From an uncultured Bacilli bacterium (GTDB lineage Bacteria; Bacillota_I; Bacilli_A; RF39; UBA660): a stretch of 64,000 nt of DNA. The DNA lies in contig CANRAF010000001.1 in the NCBI GenBank assembly GCA_947628535.1, positions 93,120-157,119 on the forward strand, read 5' to 3'. Of the stretch, positions 63,802-64,000 are shown piece by piece (position 1 is the first letter of the stretch; every line of letters starts with the position of its first letter). Both the position numbers and the translations under genes were made by a program. The notes beneath the pieces were generated by a model, which saw only the letters and a program-made list of their open reading frames with translations, made no database searches and was not told the DNA's origin.

Positions 63802-64000
63802 TGACCCTTTATCAACTGTCTTTTTTAGGAGATGCTGTTTTTGAACTTATGGTGAGAGAGCATTTAATATCTAAAAATATAGTTAAACTTAATGATTTAC
63901 AAAAATTTACACTTGATTTTGTAACTGCTAAAAGACAAGCTTATTTTGTTGATATGCTTACGTCTTCTAAAATTTTAACATTTGAAGAAGAAGAGATAAT
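63801..64000 (+). CDS. mrnC: Mini-ribonuclease 3 (N-terminal fragment; continues beyond the window)
   Basis: MTLYQLSFLGDAVFELMVREHL matches the Mini-III signature (ALAYLGDAV-type). The ATG overlaps the upstream stop (TAATG). Position after cysS is conserved in Bacillus. Confidence 0.7.
   Translation, partial: MTLYQLSFLGDAVFELMVREHLISKNIVKLNDLQKFTLDFVTAKRQAYFVDMLTSSKILTFEEEEI

Overview
Chromosomal replication-origin region of a very AT-rich (about 27% GC) Firmicute with sporulation genes. The organism cannot be named from the sequence.

Gene order closely follows the Bacillus/Clostridium origin map. Left of oriC, all on the minus strand: ychF', an AbgT-family transporter, a DUF951 protein, MscS, parB/spo0J, parA/soj, noc, rsmG, mnmG, mnmE, gpmA, jag, yidC, rnpA and rpmH. 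oriC itself carries TTATTAACA-type DnaA boxes. To the right, on the plus strand: dnaA, dnaN, a ComK-family gene, recF, gyrB, gyrA, a short SRP RNA, tadA, dnaX, ybaB, recR, a bofA-like gene, holB, ricT, pth, mfd, spoVT, metG, tatD and a 3D-domain protein. An inserted accessory locus follows. Synteny then resumes with rsmA/ksgA, yabG, veg, spoVG, yabP, yabQ, divIC, tilS, ftsH, a hypothetical gene, dusB, a Lys T-box, lysS and a YfcC-like transporter. The window ends with a phase-variable surface-protein gene, clpC, gltX, cysS, a Zn-peptidase gene and mrnC'.

Three things stand out:
- A roughly 7 kb accessory locus at 35.9-42.9 kb, inserted between the 3D-domain gene and ksgA. It encodes four tandem TasA/camelysin-like paralogs in duplicated promoter-A-B-terminator modules, a Cys-rich TSP3-repeat/TasA-like chimera, a SipW-type (S26B) signal peptidase, and three coupled downstream membrane or secreted proteins. 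All substrates share a conserved SipW-cognate cleavage motif (S-[FYC]-A before [IMV][YFL]).
- A 956-aa TasA-like/LamGx2/FGE-sulfatase-like surface protein at 54.9-57.8 kb. Its signal-peptide-encoding start is separated from the body by a 10-G homopolymer that leaves it out of frame (phase-OFF); 9 or 12 G would restore it. This is the only long G run in an AT-rich window.
- A dense array of perfect AT-rich palindromes with GC hexamer cores around the SRP RNA and tadA genes between gyrA and dnaX: CACGTG x6 plus one variant, and CCCGGG x2, arranged as two duplicated modules.

No CRISPR array, rRNA, tRNA or obvious mobile element was seen.
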